From the human T2T-CHM13v2.0 reference genome, Homo sapiens: a stretch of 64,000 nt of DNA. The notes beneath the pieces are model-generated. The model saw nothing but the letters and a program-made list of their open reading frames with translations. It did no database searches and had not been told where the DNA came from. The stretch is taken from assembly GCF_009914755.1 (NCBI RefSeq), contig NC_060935.1; one strand, 5' to 3'. Positions 13,545 through 26,580 of the stretch are shown piece by piece. Numbering within the stretch: the first letter of the stretch is position 1; every line of letters begins with the position of its first letter. A program made the translations under genes and the position numbers.

Positions 13545-13990
13545 GGATTTTAAGTGTTCACAACACACAGTGATAAATATATGAGGTAATGTGTATGTTA
13601 ATTAGCTCAGTTTAGCCATTCCATAATGTATCAAAACATCACAGGCCGGATGTGATGGCTCACGCCTGTAATTCCAACACTTGGGGAGGCCGAGGCAGGT
13701 GAATCACTTGAGTTCAGGAGTTCGAGACCAGCCTGGCCAACATGGCAAAACCCCATCTCTACTGAAAAAGCACAAAAATTTGCCGGGCGTGGTGGCACAC
13801 ACCTGTAGTCCCAGCTACTCAGGAGGCAGAGGTTGCAGTGAGCTGAGATTGCACCTCTTCACTCCAGCCTGGGCGACAGAGTGAGACTCTATCTCAAAAA
13901 CAAAACAGAACAAAAAACCCCATCATGTTGTACATCAAAAACATATGCAATTTTTGTCAATCAAATTAATAATTTTTAAAATAAAGTTAA
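13545..13990 (+). mobile_element. L1MA-type 3' end split by an Alu
   Basis: gaggtaatgtgtatgttaattagct...aaacatca [Alu] catcatgttgtaca...tttttgtcaat. Confidence 0.7.
13644..13917 (+). mobile_element. Alu (AluS), right-arm deletion between ggaggc repeats
   Basis: ctactcaggaggcagaggttgcag junction. Confidence 0.92.
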
Positions 13991-14060
13991 AAAGAAAAGG
14001 GTGTGGAATATTTAAGGAAGAAGCATTCATTCTTAATGGCTAATCTTTAAGAATGCAATA

Positions 14061-14197
14061 AGCCACCATGCCCAGCTAATTTGTATTTTTAGTAGAGATG
14101 GGGTTTCTCCATGTTGGTCAGGCTGGTCTCGAACTCTCAACCTCGGGTGATCCACCCGCCTTGGCGGGATTACAGGCATGAGCCACCACGCCCAGCC
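14061..14197 (-). mobile_element. Alu left-monomer fragment
   Basis: ccaccatgcccagctaatttgtatttttagtagagatgggg...gccaccacgcccagcc. Confidence 0.85.
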
Positions 14198-17100
14198 TAG
14201 TTCATCTTTCAAACATGACTTTCTCTTTAGATGTATGAAAAAAATTTCATAAAGAATGCTATTTTCCCAAGAAGCAGGTGAATGCTTGGACTTGGAACTA
14301 TAAGAGCACATGCTAGGTGCCCTTAGTGTGTCATTAGACACCCTTGCTGCACTGCTGGACTGGACCGATTCAAAAATAAAACAAAAGGTCTAAACCCAGA
14401 TGCATCCACTCCTCCCCAACAACATCCAGTCCACCATGGCTTCATTGCCTGGAGCAGGAGCCTGAGGTGGGCGCTGCAGTCTGGCTGCTGCACTGAGTCT
14501 CACACCTTCCACGGAGCCCTCACGCCCAGCTCTGCATTTCTCCTTGATCCAGACTGTTCTGTGGGTATTTTTAGCCTGGCTTCTTGGCAGTTTCACAAAT
14601 GCTTTTCAAGATGCTTATGGCCATGTACTGAGAACTGCATGGTAGAAAATTGGGGAGCTCCCGTGAAATCTGCCCACTATACCTTTGTCCTACAGCCCCC
14701 CTCAAGAGGGTCCCCATCTTGCTCTCTGTCCCAGTTTTGCTCTCTGGCATGCCTGCTGCCAGAACCCTAGGCTGGATCTAGCCTAATAACTTTGGCATGA
14801 AATGAAAGGGAAGGCTCTTAAAGATATTACTTTTTTGGTCATTAAGCAAAGAGTCAGTTCTCCAATGGACTAACCTCTATTTGACTTTAGGATGCTAAGC
14901 ACATGGCTTATGAGCTTGGAAGTTGTGATTCTTTAACTTCAACAAGAGAATGCTACACCAGAGGAGGGGGCCGGGCCACAGGGAGGGCAAAGTTGCCCAT
15001 TTGACACCTATGGAAAAATAAGTAAGCATGGAGATCCCTTTCCTCTCTCTTCACTCAAAAAGTTTAGGAAGTATGGCAGCAAGGCAAATTTAGATGGAAA
15101 GAAAACTTTGCTGATGTTGGGATGTCATGTTCTGTCTTAAGGGCTTGAGAGATGCTAGTCATCTCCTACATACTAGGCTTAAAAGCCCTTTCCCTTATGA
15201 GATGTTTCGGAAGAAGAGAGATGGCTCAAACACAAGTATACCCAGCAGTGGAGTGGGGTGAGCTAAAGATGAGTTGGAGTAATGGGAAGAGCATAGAGGA
15301 AGGAGTGACTCTAAGTAGCAAGCCACTCAGCACTCCTGGACCTCAGTTTCCTCTTCTATTTAATAAGGAGCTGAAGTGAACGTCCTTAGCTTTCAAGCTC
15401 TGACATTGTATGATTCTGGAGGTCTTGTCCAGTTTGAGAAGAATGTAATTCCAGATGGCGAATCCCAGGATTTGTAAGGTTACATCACTAGTCACTGCCA
15501 GGTCAACTTTCTCAATTACTTGTGGTAGAGTCTTGGACTCCTCTGATGCCACAAAAAAGAATAGATTATGTCCCTGGCAGGATGCAGGCTCACAGACAAT
15601 CCCTTGCTTGAATTAAATGGAAACTTTTTCACTTGATGAGCATGGAAAGGGTGGGGCTGTGGGGGGAGAGAGAGAGAAGAAAATATAGCAGGAGAACCAA
15701 GACTCTTGAGAAAGCTCCACTGTTGGAGGAGACCTCTCCTGTCCAAAGAAGAGAGGAGATTATGTCATAGAAATACATAGCTATCCCTGCATATTTATTC
15801 ATGCACCTAGACAAATCACAAGGTGAACAGGGAGATGCCAACCCTGTTACGGTCCTCATGCCCAGATCTTCTGTGTCCTTCTTAAACACAAGGCAGGTGA
15901 TAGGGCGTGTGGACCTGCCTGCTCCCTCACAGTGATGGATGTTGAGTGGCACTGCAGGGAGGCAGGATCTTGTCACAGCCCTTCCCGTTTCAAATATTTG
16001 TGCCAACCACCTGTCGGCATTCCCCTCCTATATCCAGAAAACCCACTGCATCTTCTTCCCTCAAATACGGTGGCACTGGTTGAACAGCACAGCCAAGCCA
16101 GAAAGCATTGTGGTTGGGTACCAGATGAGTATCTGCACTCACGTATGAAAACTCTCCGCTATTGCTCACATATAAAATGATGTTAGTATCTGTCCCTTCT
16201 CATAAGAAGGTAACATGATGGAAGATGTGGACGTTTCTGAGAAGTCTCGAATGCAGACAGTTATGGTCACTGCCCTCTGTCAAGTGCATGGCTGGCATCC
16301 TAGACTTCTTTGTCACACAAAAGACATCTCTGCCTCTCGCCACCTGGAACAGACATCTTGCTTCTGTCTGTTTCATTGATTGCTGTCTCATTCTGTTCCT
16401 TGCTTAAAAAATCTTTTTCCCTTGCTGATGCCTCTTACTTCTCTCTCTCAACTGTTATTTCGGCAGCTCTGCTATTTAGCTCCATGGTGTCATAGCAAAC
16501 AGTTGGTGGGAAGGAACTGTGCTAAGTGACATCGCATCAAAATTCAGGACTGGCTTCTTAGTGGGTAGAAGCCCTCTTCAAAGCTCATCACAATTTCATT
16601 GCTTTACAGGGATTTCCCTTTGGCGAGACAAAGGAAGGCAGCCTTTAACCCCTCTACTTTCCCACCTCTAGCTACACAACGACCGCTCCCAGGAGGGAGT
16701 CCAGTGGATCCTCATTGCCAACATGGCATGGCTGTGACCATCCTGCCTCCTGGGGGAAGGAGATGTGCCAGCAACGGGAGCTCAGGGCAGCCAGTCCCTG
16801 CTTTCAAACCCACACAAGCCCGACAGCCCTCTTGCTAGAATATGTGCTTCATGTTTGCAGAGCTGTGCATATTCTTCTGCACACATTTGAACTCAGCAAA
16901 AAGAGAACACGACTCTCTTTTGAGACACTGGCGGGTCTGCGGGCTACCCGGCCTGCACAAGGGACAGCCTGGCGAGCAGAGCCAGGGGCCCCATGCCCGG
17001 CTCTACCTCTTCCGGGCTGCGTCACTGTGAGCAGTTCCCTTCTCAGCCTGCTGATCCACAACAGAGTTCACAAGCTGTCGGGAAATCATCGCCTTCGTCC

Positions 17101-17961
17101 GTTCACGAAGCATTATGATGTGGTGGACTGAACATGAGCCTTAAAATCAGGCAGCATGCTAACCCTGGCTCTGTCCCTCCAACTGTGTAACTACCGGCAA
17201 GCTGCTTAACCTCCCCAAATTCAGTTTCCCCATCTTAGAACGAAGATCAAATGATAAAAGATATAAGTCTCCCACTTACACATACATATTCTTCTAGGGA
17301 TGGGAAAGTGGATTTGAAAGAGAAACTATAACCTGTTCCTTGCGAGTCTGTGAGGAGGCTGGCCTGAGACTTTCAGACCCCTCTGTTCCAACAGTTCCCA
17401 ATTATAACTCCTACGTAGACTCATAGATCCTGCAGCTACGGTTAAAATCAGCAGCAATTACAAAACCAGTCATTTGTTGAAAACTACTGTGTGTCATTCT
17501 ACTCTTTCCCTTTCAAGCCTGAAAATAGAGATGGGCTATATATTTTTTAATCACTAAAATATAAGACAGCATATGCTAAGTGGCAGATGATGGAATTGCA
17601 CAAGCAACACGTAGCCCTGGAGTCCAGGAGGAACTGACTATCCCAGACGCCATGGGAGCGTGCTCCATCCATCCCGTCCCCCACCGACTCAAGGCTCCGC
17701 TTGACTCTAACCAATTTCCATCTCAGGTAGAAGAGGACAAGCAAAATGCGTTATTAGGAGGATTTTTAAAACTCGAAGATTTCAGCTTTCAGAGGACAAA
17801 TCAGGTCATCCTCAAGCCTTCCATGAATGAGTTGTTCTTCCCAGCCCCAGTTTAGGCAGCGATGTCAACAAGAGTGTCACGGTGGCCCTACAGGGGAAGG
17901 GGCCTGGCTCAGAGCTGTGTTCAGATGGGAATGCCAGCAAACAGAGGAAAAGGCAGAGCTT

Positions 17962-17979
17962 TTATTTTTCTATGTTTCT

Positions 17980-18019
<40 letters not shown>

Positions 18020-18164
18020 CACAGGGTCTAGCTTTTTTGCCTAGGCTGGAGTGTAGTGGTGCAATCATAGCTCACAGTAACCTGAAACTCCTGGGCTCAA
18101 GCAATCCTCCTGCCTCAGCCTCCCGCATAGCTGGGACCGCAGGCATGTGCCACCATGCCCAGCT
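17962..18164 (-). mobile_element. 5'-truncated Alu (right arm, J/FRAM-like) with a T35 tract
   Basis: Degenerate TSD ggcagagcttttat / ggcatagctttgat. Confidence 0.85.
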
Positions 18165-20678
18165 GGCATAGCTTTGATCTAACTAGCATCTAGCCAGAAT
18201 CCAAGTCTTAGTACCTCCCTGGGCTTGTAAGGAGAAACTGTCAAGAATTTTTCTCCCCATTTCAAAGATGAGAAAACTAAAGCACGAAGTAGAAAAAGAT
18301 GTTTACCCAGGTTTCAAAGAAATTTGAGTAGAAACTTGTAGTGAATACTGCCCGTGAAGGCCAAGTAGCTGGGCAGACCCAGGGAATATCTTGGAGGTGC
18401 CATCTCCCTCCCAGCCTGCAACCCTTCCCACTGAGGGCGGGCTGAAGCTGGACAAGAGGCAGGTAACTTGAGCCAGGCAACAGCTTGCAGGGAAGGAGAA
18501 AGAGGAAGAGACCTCTCCCTGGGGAGCCGGGTACTCTTTTGCTGCTGGGTTTATGTTTTTGGAATAAATCACTTGGTATAATAATAGAAATGGAGGCGCT
18601 GGAGTGAAACATCGTGACAAGAAGAGTTCCCACTGGCATTGCAATCGATTTTTTTTTTTGGCCCTGATGTCCTGTTGCTCATTGGTGGGGGGAATCCTGA
18701 CCCGACCAAGGGGAAGGGGAATGGGCTTTCTTCACCCTCAGCTCACTCCACCTACCAGGATAGGGCAGGTTCCCTCACCACCATCTTGACCAACCCTGAA
18801 TCTGACTGTCTAGGAGGTCTAAGCATCCATGAACCATATTTACTTTTGTTTGGTTTTCTTGTGTGTTTGGAAGGCAGAGGATAGTTTTGGAGCTGGAAGG
18901 GACGTCAGAGGCTATCTTGTCCAATTCTCTCTTTTTCCTCGAGGTTAGGGTCAGTGACTTGCCAACATCATCGAACTGGTTCATGGTGGACCCAGGACCA
19001 CACCTGCCTTCTGACTGTCGTTGGATCACTCTTTCCACCACAGCATGCTCGCCCCAGAGAGAGGCCAGCTGCCTCAGAGCCCACCATCCATCTGGGGAGA
19101 TTTCTAACAGATCCAGCACCTGCCCCGTGCTGTCCCCTTGCTCTCCCAGGTGGAAACGGGTGGCCTCCTTCCTGCCCTTCCCTCAACCTTAGCTGCCCAC
19201 TTCATCCCTCACCACCCTCCAACGCCCACTCAGGCACCACATCCAAGGGCTTCCTGCTCCCCTGCTTGACTTGACCGTCGCTCCATTCCCTACCTAAAGC
19301 TCCTGTACTTGGGGCCATTGCAGCTGACATGGGCCCATCAGATTGTAGTGAAGCCACGGATGTACCCGCTTGCACGAGCATTCCTCTGAGGGCAGAACCC
19401 CTGCTTTAGGTGACAAGGCCATGGCGTCTGGCATAGTGCCTGGCAGGCAGGTAGGCAGCGATGTTCGTTGGGTGGATACAGAATTGCTCACATTGCAGCA
19501 GGTGTCTGGCCTGCTGAGGGATGTCTGCCCCACCCCCGGGAACTAGCAAGGCTTCCAGTTTCTCCTGAGCCTCCCTGTGCTCTCCTCCACCGCGGGGTTA
19601 GGAGGGCGCCTCCGATGGGGGTGAGAACAGCTGTGCAGCTCATGGGAAGAAGCCGCAGGTGGAGTGGAGGAGGCCCCTTGGAGGCGGTGACGGTGGGGGA
19701 GGGAGGCCACACATTCCAGATCAGTGGTGGGAGTAGTGACGATGATGAGTCCAAGTGTAAGGAAACGCTAAGTCACCAGGAAAATCAGGAGCCACCCTGG
19801 ATGCAGGAGAAATCAAGGAGACAGAGAGAAAATGACTGGTTTGTCTTCTGCAACTTCCTTCAGAGCTTTGCGACCATCACAAAGGCTGTGGCAGGAAGCA
19901 AGGTGGTGCTTCCCCAGGCTTCATGCCCCATGGCGACAGGCCCAACATCCCTCTGTGTGTTCCCCAGGCCAAGGGGCTACACCAGACCCACAATGCGTAT
20001 GACCCTGGAGCCACGCAGGGGATGCCTAACAAAGGGTTGGGGCAGGATTGGATTCAGTTCCCGGAGCTGTGCAGCCTACTGTCAGCAGAGCTCCCTGCCT
20101 GGAGAAGGCACCAGCGACAACAGGAAGAGCTAGGAGTTAGACAGCCTGAGTCTTATTCCTGCTGTTCTACCAACAAGCAAGATCTTTGATGAACCATTTC
20201 ATCTCATGAGGTGTCCGTTTGCTATTCTGGAATCCCAAAGGTATATCCTAAATCTATGCTTCCACAGTCACCTGCCCCTCAAGCCTCTGGCCGAGTGTGG
20301 TTCTGCGCCCCCACAACCAGGGACTGACAGTGCATCGTAAATGCCTTGTACTCACAAGACTCAGCAAAGATCTGGTTGTGCCAGGAATTCAAAGTAGTTG
20401 GATTCCAGGAGGACCAAGACCCAAATTTGCAAATGGAGGACGTACAGGGGAAATCCTTGCAGCCAAGAGCACAGATCTTGGGCTCAGCACGTGCTAACCA
20501 GTGGGTCCAGGGAGGAAACAGAACGAGGCCAGCAGCCGAGGCCACCTGGATCTTTCCTTCCCCTTTCCTTTCTCCCGCTGCGTGTGTGTTGGGGGTGGTG
20601 GGGAAGGGGAATTTTGTGACCAAACCTACTAGTAAGACTCTTCCCTCCCCTTCACTAAGTGGCGGAGGCAGCCGGCTA

Positions 20679-21047
<369 letters not shown>

Positions 21048-22342
21048 CGAAACACTGTCTTCTCCGTTTTCGTTTTGCCCTCCGTATAGCGGCAGCTCAA
21101 TCTATATGCTGATTTTTGTTGTCCACACATCAAATGGCAAGAGGCTGCAGCCCACAAATGCTAACTGTGCAGGAAGCTTCACAGGACAGAGTTTGTTTAT
21201 TGTTCTGCAGCTGGTAGAGGCTGAAGGACATTGGAAGAACTGGGCTTCTTGGGGCTGAGATGGGTGCTTATAGGCCTTCAGCCCCTCCCACCAGGGAGGA
21301 ACATACCTCTAGGGAGATGTGAAAATTGCAGTTTTATTTCTAATGATCTCCAGGGTAAAGGTCTTGGTTACCTGGCTCCCCACTCTGAGAGTTAAACCAT
21401 CCTGATTGTCAGAGTTCCTGCTGCTAATGGAATGTTCCAGATGTATCTGCAGGGGAGAATTTTGACAGGCCTGAATCCCAGACCTGCTGCAGGATGCTCC
21501 TGAGAAAAATAACCTTTGCATTTCCCAATTTCACCACAAACACTGGAGAACGGGTAGGAAGTGCTGCATAAATTGTTTGCACCTGGTGAATAGGCCAGCT
21601 TGCGGCAAGAGTCCCTGGAAGGGTCATGTGGTTAGGCACGGTACCAGGCAGGAGAAAACAAACAAGAACACGAGAATGGAGAGGGAGCATCTCTGGGTGA
21701 GGTTGGCAGAATCCCAATCTCTGTGTGGGCCACCCCAGCTGTGGGTCCTCACAGGAGCTGGGGAACCTGGGAGCTGTGCTCTGTCTGGGAGCGCGCTGCG
21801 GCTCTGGCTCAGCGTCCTTGAGGATAAAGAAGGAACATGCCTAACTTTGCCCATTTGCATTTCATATCCATCATCTCGATTTTGCATTCTGGCAACTGTG
21901 CAAAATCTAATCCTCACTCTTCTTACTGGTCAAGTGTTCTTACTTCTCCTTTGAGGTACACAAAAGTTGAAAAAGAATTAGAACTTCTTTTAAGGCACAT
22001 GCATGGTGTTGGGTTGGATGAACCCATCCAAGATCTAGCCCCAACCCCATGACACAGTCCACCCCCCCCTCCCTCAGATTGACCACACAAAAGCAGCTGG
22101 ACCGGAGCATCTTTACTATTCCAGACTCAGCTCCCCTAAAAGTCCACTGCGTCCTGACTTCTGCTAAGATCCTGCACTCAAAACAAAGTACTGCCACCAA
22201 GGTCTCCTCAAAAGCCATTGGGCGTTTTCAAGGTATGTGTACCTGGGCACCTTCCCCCAAGGTGTAAGGTCAGTTACCAATAGGAAAACAGCCTCTTTAA
22301 TTAAATATTTACTGTGTATATTGTGTACAATTTTAGACTACC

Positions 22343-22346
<4 letters not shown>

Positions 22347-22394
<48 letters not shown>
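22347..22394. repeat. (TG)24 microsatellite
   Basis: Read directly from the sequence. Confidence 0.95.
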
Positions 22395-22398
<4 letters not shown>

Positions 22399-22853
22399 GG
22401 TAAAATAATATTTGGTGATTTGCATCTTCATTTCACCCATCTTACTGTCCCTGGTGACAGCTGTGCGTGACTCACGCTGGCTCTTCTGACCCAGGTCTTC
22501 TTGCTTATCTTTGGAATATAGAAGAGAGGTGAAAAATGTGAATGCAGCCTCTTTTAAAACACATGCTCAGTGTGGCCTCTCCCAGGATGAGGCGTTGGTT
22601 GCTCCCATCCCAGGTCTAGTCCCGGCTCTGCTAACATTTCACAAACACTATCTCTTTGAGTCCCCATGAAGTAGGTAGTTTTGTCCTCATTGTACAGACT
22701 TGGAGAGGTTGAGCCGCTTGCCAGAGCTGGGGAGTGCCTACTTGGGGCTGAAATCTAGGTCCCCTTAACTAGAAAGCCTTAGCTTAGTATCTTGCAGTGG
22801 AGGAGCTCCTGACCCCCACTTCTGATGGGGTGCATCGGAAGTGCTTTGAGTGG

Positions 22854-23156
22854 GGCTGGGCGCAGTTACTCACACCTGTAATCTCAGCACTTTGGGACGC
22901 CGAGGCAGGGGGGTCCCTGAGGTCAGGGGTTCGAGACCAGCCTGGCCAACATGGCAAAATCCCGTCTCTACTAAAAATACAAAAATTAGCTGGGCGTGGT
23001 GGTGCACGCCTCTAGTCCTAGCTACTCAGGAGGCTAAGGCATGAGAATTGCTTGAACCTGGGAGGCAGAAGTTGCAGTGAACCGAGATTGCACCACTGCA
23101 CTCCAGCCTGGGCTACAGAGCGAGTCTTCGTCTCAAAAAAATAAATAAATAAAATA
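22854..23156 (+). mobile_element. Alu (AluS)
   Basis: Dimer. TSD aagtgctt(t/c)g(a/c)gtg. Confidence 0.93.
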
Positions 23157-23289
23157 AGTGCTTCGCGTGTCCAGGGCCCCGACTCCGAGGGAAGACCCTC
23201 AACCTCTTCACATTACCACTGGACCATTAAAGGGTTAAAACATCTTTGATCTGGAGCCTCAGCTGCTCATCCTTCTGTTTTAAGGGCCT

Positions 23290-23750
23290 CTGAATCATTA
23301 GCCTTTCCAAGCAGCCTCCCTCTGCCGCCTGAGGCAGGTGAAGTGGGAGAGGGGAGCGGCCCGCCTGGGTCCTGAGTCAGCGCTGACTCCCCACGCTGTC
23401 CTCCACAGATTAATCACCTCCAATTACAGCTTCTGACTGGGCACGAGTCATTCCCAGCGGCGCCTCCTCGGGCCGACCCTCGCCCCCCTGCAAACAGGCT
23501 GCCTATCCGTCCAACATGCTTGCTGTACTTCCCAGAGCCCCAAAAAGGTACCCCGGCAGCAAATGACTCAAGGATGAGGACCCACCCTCTTCCCCCTCAC
23601 CATCTGCTCTCAGCAACATGAGTCTTCTGGGGGCAAAAAGAAAAGAGGACATGAAACTCCTCCCTTCCAGCAGCCTACAGAGGCCTGTGCACCCTTCCAT
23701 TAGCAGGTTGGATAATTCTTCGTGGTGTTTCTCCTCAGCAGTGACTAATA
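23290..23750. promoter_or_regulatory. Candidate AP-1/MARE/TEAD enhancer
   Basis: TGAGTCA 23373, TGACTCA 23564, CGAGTCA plus CATTCC 23444-23454, palindrome GAGTCAGCGCTGACTC, local CpG enrichment. Confidence 0.5.
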
Positions 23751-24085
23751 AAGCTTGTTCTCATTTCCACTAATCACACATCCTCATAGAGAAGGGTGAC
23801 ACACACTTGGCGTGGCTCTGTGACACCCCTTGGAAAGTGTTCCATGGCCCACCCAGCCTCTTTTCCTCGAGCCCCGCTCTGGCCTCCCTCACACCTGCCT
23901 CCCTTCTGCCCCTGCCAATGAAGCCGGGGCCCAGCTGCCTCGGTGGAATTCCTAAGCATCCTGCTCTTGGCTGCTGACCCGGGCACATGGGCACCCAAGG
24001 GCATTATGCCATCTCCCTCCTCAGCGGGTATCACACTGGGCTCCCTGCCCTGAGCTGCCAGCCAAGGGAAGGGCACACAGCCCCG

Positions 24086-24253
24086 TGGGGCACGAGCCGG
24101 GCCTCAGTGCCAGGGTACTGAGTGCATTGCTGTAGTATATGGCACAGTTTACCAAGAACTTTCCCGATTCTTGGGGCACGAGCCGGGCCTCAGTGCCAGG
24201 GCACTGAGTGCATTGCTGTAGTATATGGCACAGTTTACCAAGAACTTTCCCGA
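24086..24253. repeat. 82-bp direct duplication with a 4-nt junction insert
   Basis: 24086-24167 and 24172-24253 differ at one base. Confidence 0.95.
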
Positions 24254-25204
24254 CGTTGTTTCATTTGATCTTTACGTAATCAATAGTGCTCACTATACAA
24301 TCATCCTCTATAGAACATGGTGTTCCCTAGAGGTAAGAAAGCTGAGGCCTGAAACATGCACGTAGCCCACCCACACTCAATTAGTAAGTGGCAATGCGTG
24401 ACTATTATGCCATAACCCAGCTCTGGCATTAGGGTCAGAAGCCCTCCCCCACAAAAGTCCTCTCTGTATGAGCTTTAGAATTAGGCAGACTCATGGCTGA
24501 ATGCTATTCTAATTCCACTTTTTATCTAGTGGTAGATACTGTCCTATGCACTTCGCAAACCGTTTCAACTCATTTAACTCCCACCACTGTCCTCTGCGGC
24601 GGGAGTTATCAGGATCCTTAATTTGCAGCTTTGAGAGTAGAGGCCGGGGTCCCCTAGCTCATAAGGGCTGCAGCTCTCATCTGACTCTGGCCCAGGGCCG
24701 GACTCTTCACCACTCCTCTAAGCTACCTGGGGCTTCTCCAACTTCTAACGGCACGAACTTGGACAAGTCACGGAAGTTTTCTTATCATTCCAATACTCTC
24801 ATCTTTTCAATGGCAGGGGTGAGACCACCCTCCCCACAGTGCTGTGTGGGGGTTAGATGGGATCGTGAGAACAGAGTATATAAAACACTGAGCTCTGGCC
24901 CAGCATGGAGGGAGCACAAGCTAATAGCACACTCGGCCCCCAGGACAAAGCTGCAAGAGGACAGGGGCTGCGAAGGATGGACCGTGTTAGGAGGAAGATT
25001 CCCCGTCCCCTAGTCCTAGAGGTCCACAGCAAGGCAGATGCTAGATCCTGGGGACTCTTGGTTGGGGCAGGCACAGGGAAGCACGCCACCTGCCCCACTC
25101 CCCGCCCTGTGTCGTATTCATTCCTCTTTGTAAGCATATCTCTCAAATCAACCTGGCCAACCAGTCCCTGAGATCATTCTGATTCTAAAAAGCAAAATGT
25201 CTCT

Positions 25205-25378
25205 AATTAAGGTTCTTACCTATTGGGGACCTTAGTCATCTTTGAAAAATCTGATAAAAACTATAAACCATTGTTTCAGAAAAATTCACATATACCCAGG
25301 GACACAGGCATGCTCTTACAAGTTGAGGTGATCACCAGATCACAAAGGGGTCCGTTGGAGCCTAAGTTTATGAGCCTC
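25205..25378. mobile_element. hAT-Charlie MITE remnant
   Basis: ggttcttacc...tttgaaaaatctgataaaaactata...agaaaaattcacat...ggggtcc. A related remnant lies at about 36680-36810. Confidence 0.45.
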
Positions 25379-25559
25379 TTTTCTGTATAATTAGGAAACA
25401 TCCTTATAATCTTATCACTAGTATCATGGGGAAAATTGCCAAGTCTTTCCTTTCCTTTTCCTCTCCAACTTCATACCTAGGCTCTGCCCTCCCACACACT
25501 CCTACACCAGCCCCCGATCCTGGCTTCCCTCACACTGCCCCGGGCCAGGGCCGAAGCTG

Positions 25560-25720
25560 CAGCGGTGGTGGCAACAGCATCAGCTGTTGCTAAGGAAGCT
25601 GAGAATGCAGGGTGGGGGCCGGAGAGTGGGCAGCAACCCAGCAGGGCAGCACCCCCCATGCATGTCTGAGCACCTTGGGCCCTGGAAACGGTGTTCCCAG
25701 CTGGCTGCCATGGCAACAGC
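25560..25720. promoter_or_regulatory. Candidate RFX X-box cluster
   Basis: GCTGCCATGGCAAC 25704-25717, GTTGCTAAGGAAGC 25586-25599, plus several GGCAAC/GGAAAC/AGCAAC half sites. Confidence 0.55.
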
Positions 25721-26399
25721 AGGCTTCGGAGCCATTCATCTCGGTCTGGACAGCTTCCCCTACTCGCACTAGCGCTTTGTCTCCCTAAGTGGCTAACTGA
25801 GGTGTGAAAGGGTCTGTGGTGAGTGGACAAAGGAGCACAAAGGGCAAAAGGTGGGTCATGCGCCCCACACTGGGCAGGCACCCTGGGGGGTCTGAGAGGC
25901 CAGGGAGGGGGTCTGGGCCAGCTCCCTAACAGAGGGCCTGGCTGCTGGAGAAGCAGCTCAGAACACAGAGATGGCCATGCCTCTCCCAAAGACCTCTGCC
26001 TGTGAGCCTCAGCTACTTGCCCAAGAGCCATCCTAGAAAGGAGAAGTACTGGTTACATCCCAGGTAAGCCAGCAGCCAGGTGACACTTGGTCACTTCTAG
26101 ATGTGGTAACTAACTGGATTTTTCCTCAGGCTGATAGGGTGCGTAAAAAGGTGAGAGACTGGGCACGAATGGGAGGGTTCCTAAGGGTGAGAGATTGGGA
26201 GGGAATGACTCCTGGGCCTAATTTAAACAAAGCTAAAAGACAGATGAAGTCAGAGGTGAATGAAGCAGTTAAGGTCTTGCCTTCAGCTCAAGACCACCCA
26301 TCTGGTTGTAGGTACTGTTTAGCACTATTGCCATCTGAAAGGACTGTCCTTGGAAGCACTGTCCGTGGGACCATTTATTGAGTGGAGATTAAACATTGT

Positions 26400-26580
26400 A
26401 CCTATCTCAACGTCATCTTCAAAGTGAGATTAAGTACCTGAGTGAAGTATTGTCCTCTTTTCACAGATGAGGAAATGGAGGCTTCAAGGTCAAACCCCTT
26501 GCCCAGAGACATGCAGCAGAAAGTGATGAAGCTGAGATTTGAACTTGCACCTGTCTGCCTGCAAATCCCATCTCTTCCTG
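26400..26580 (-). mobile_element. MIR SINE
   Basis: tttcacagatgaggaaatggaggct...cttgcccagag...gagatttgaac. Confidence 0.7.

Noticed and set aside
19294-20133. ORFs of 79-221 aa and a minus-strand donor at 19293
   Set aside because: No recognisable homology, a mediocre donor and no convincing acceptor
26341-26372. REST/RE1-like CACGGACAGTGC on the minus strand
   Set aside because: Only the right half-site is present. The TTCAGCAC half is absent.
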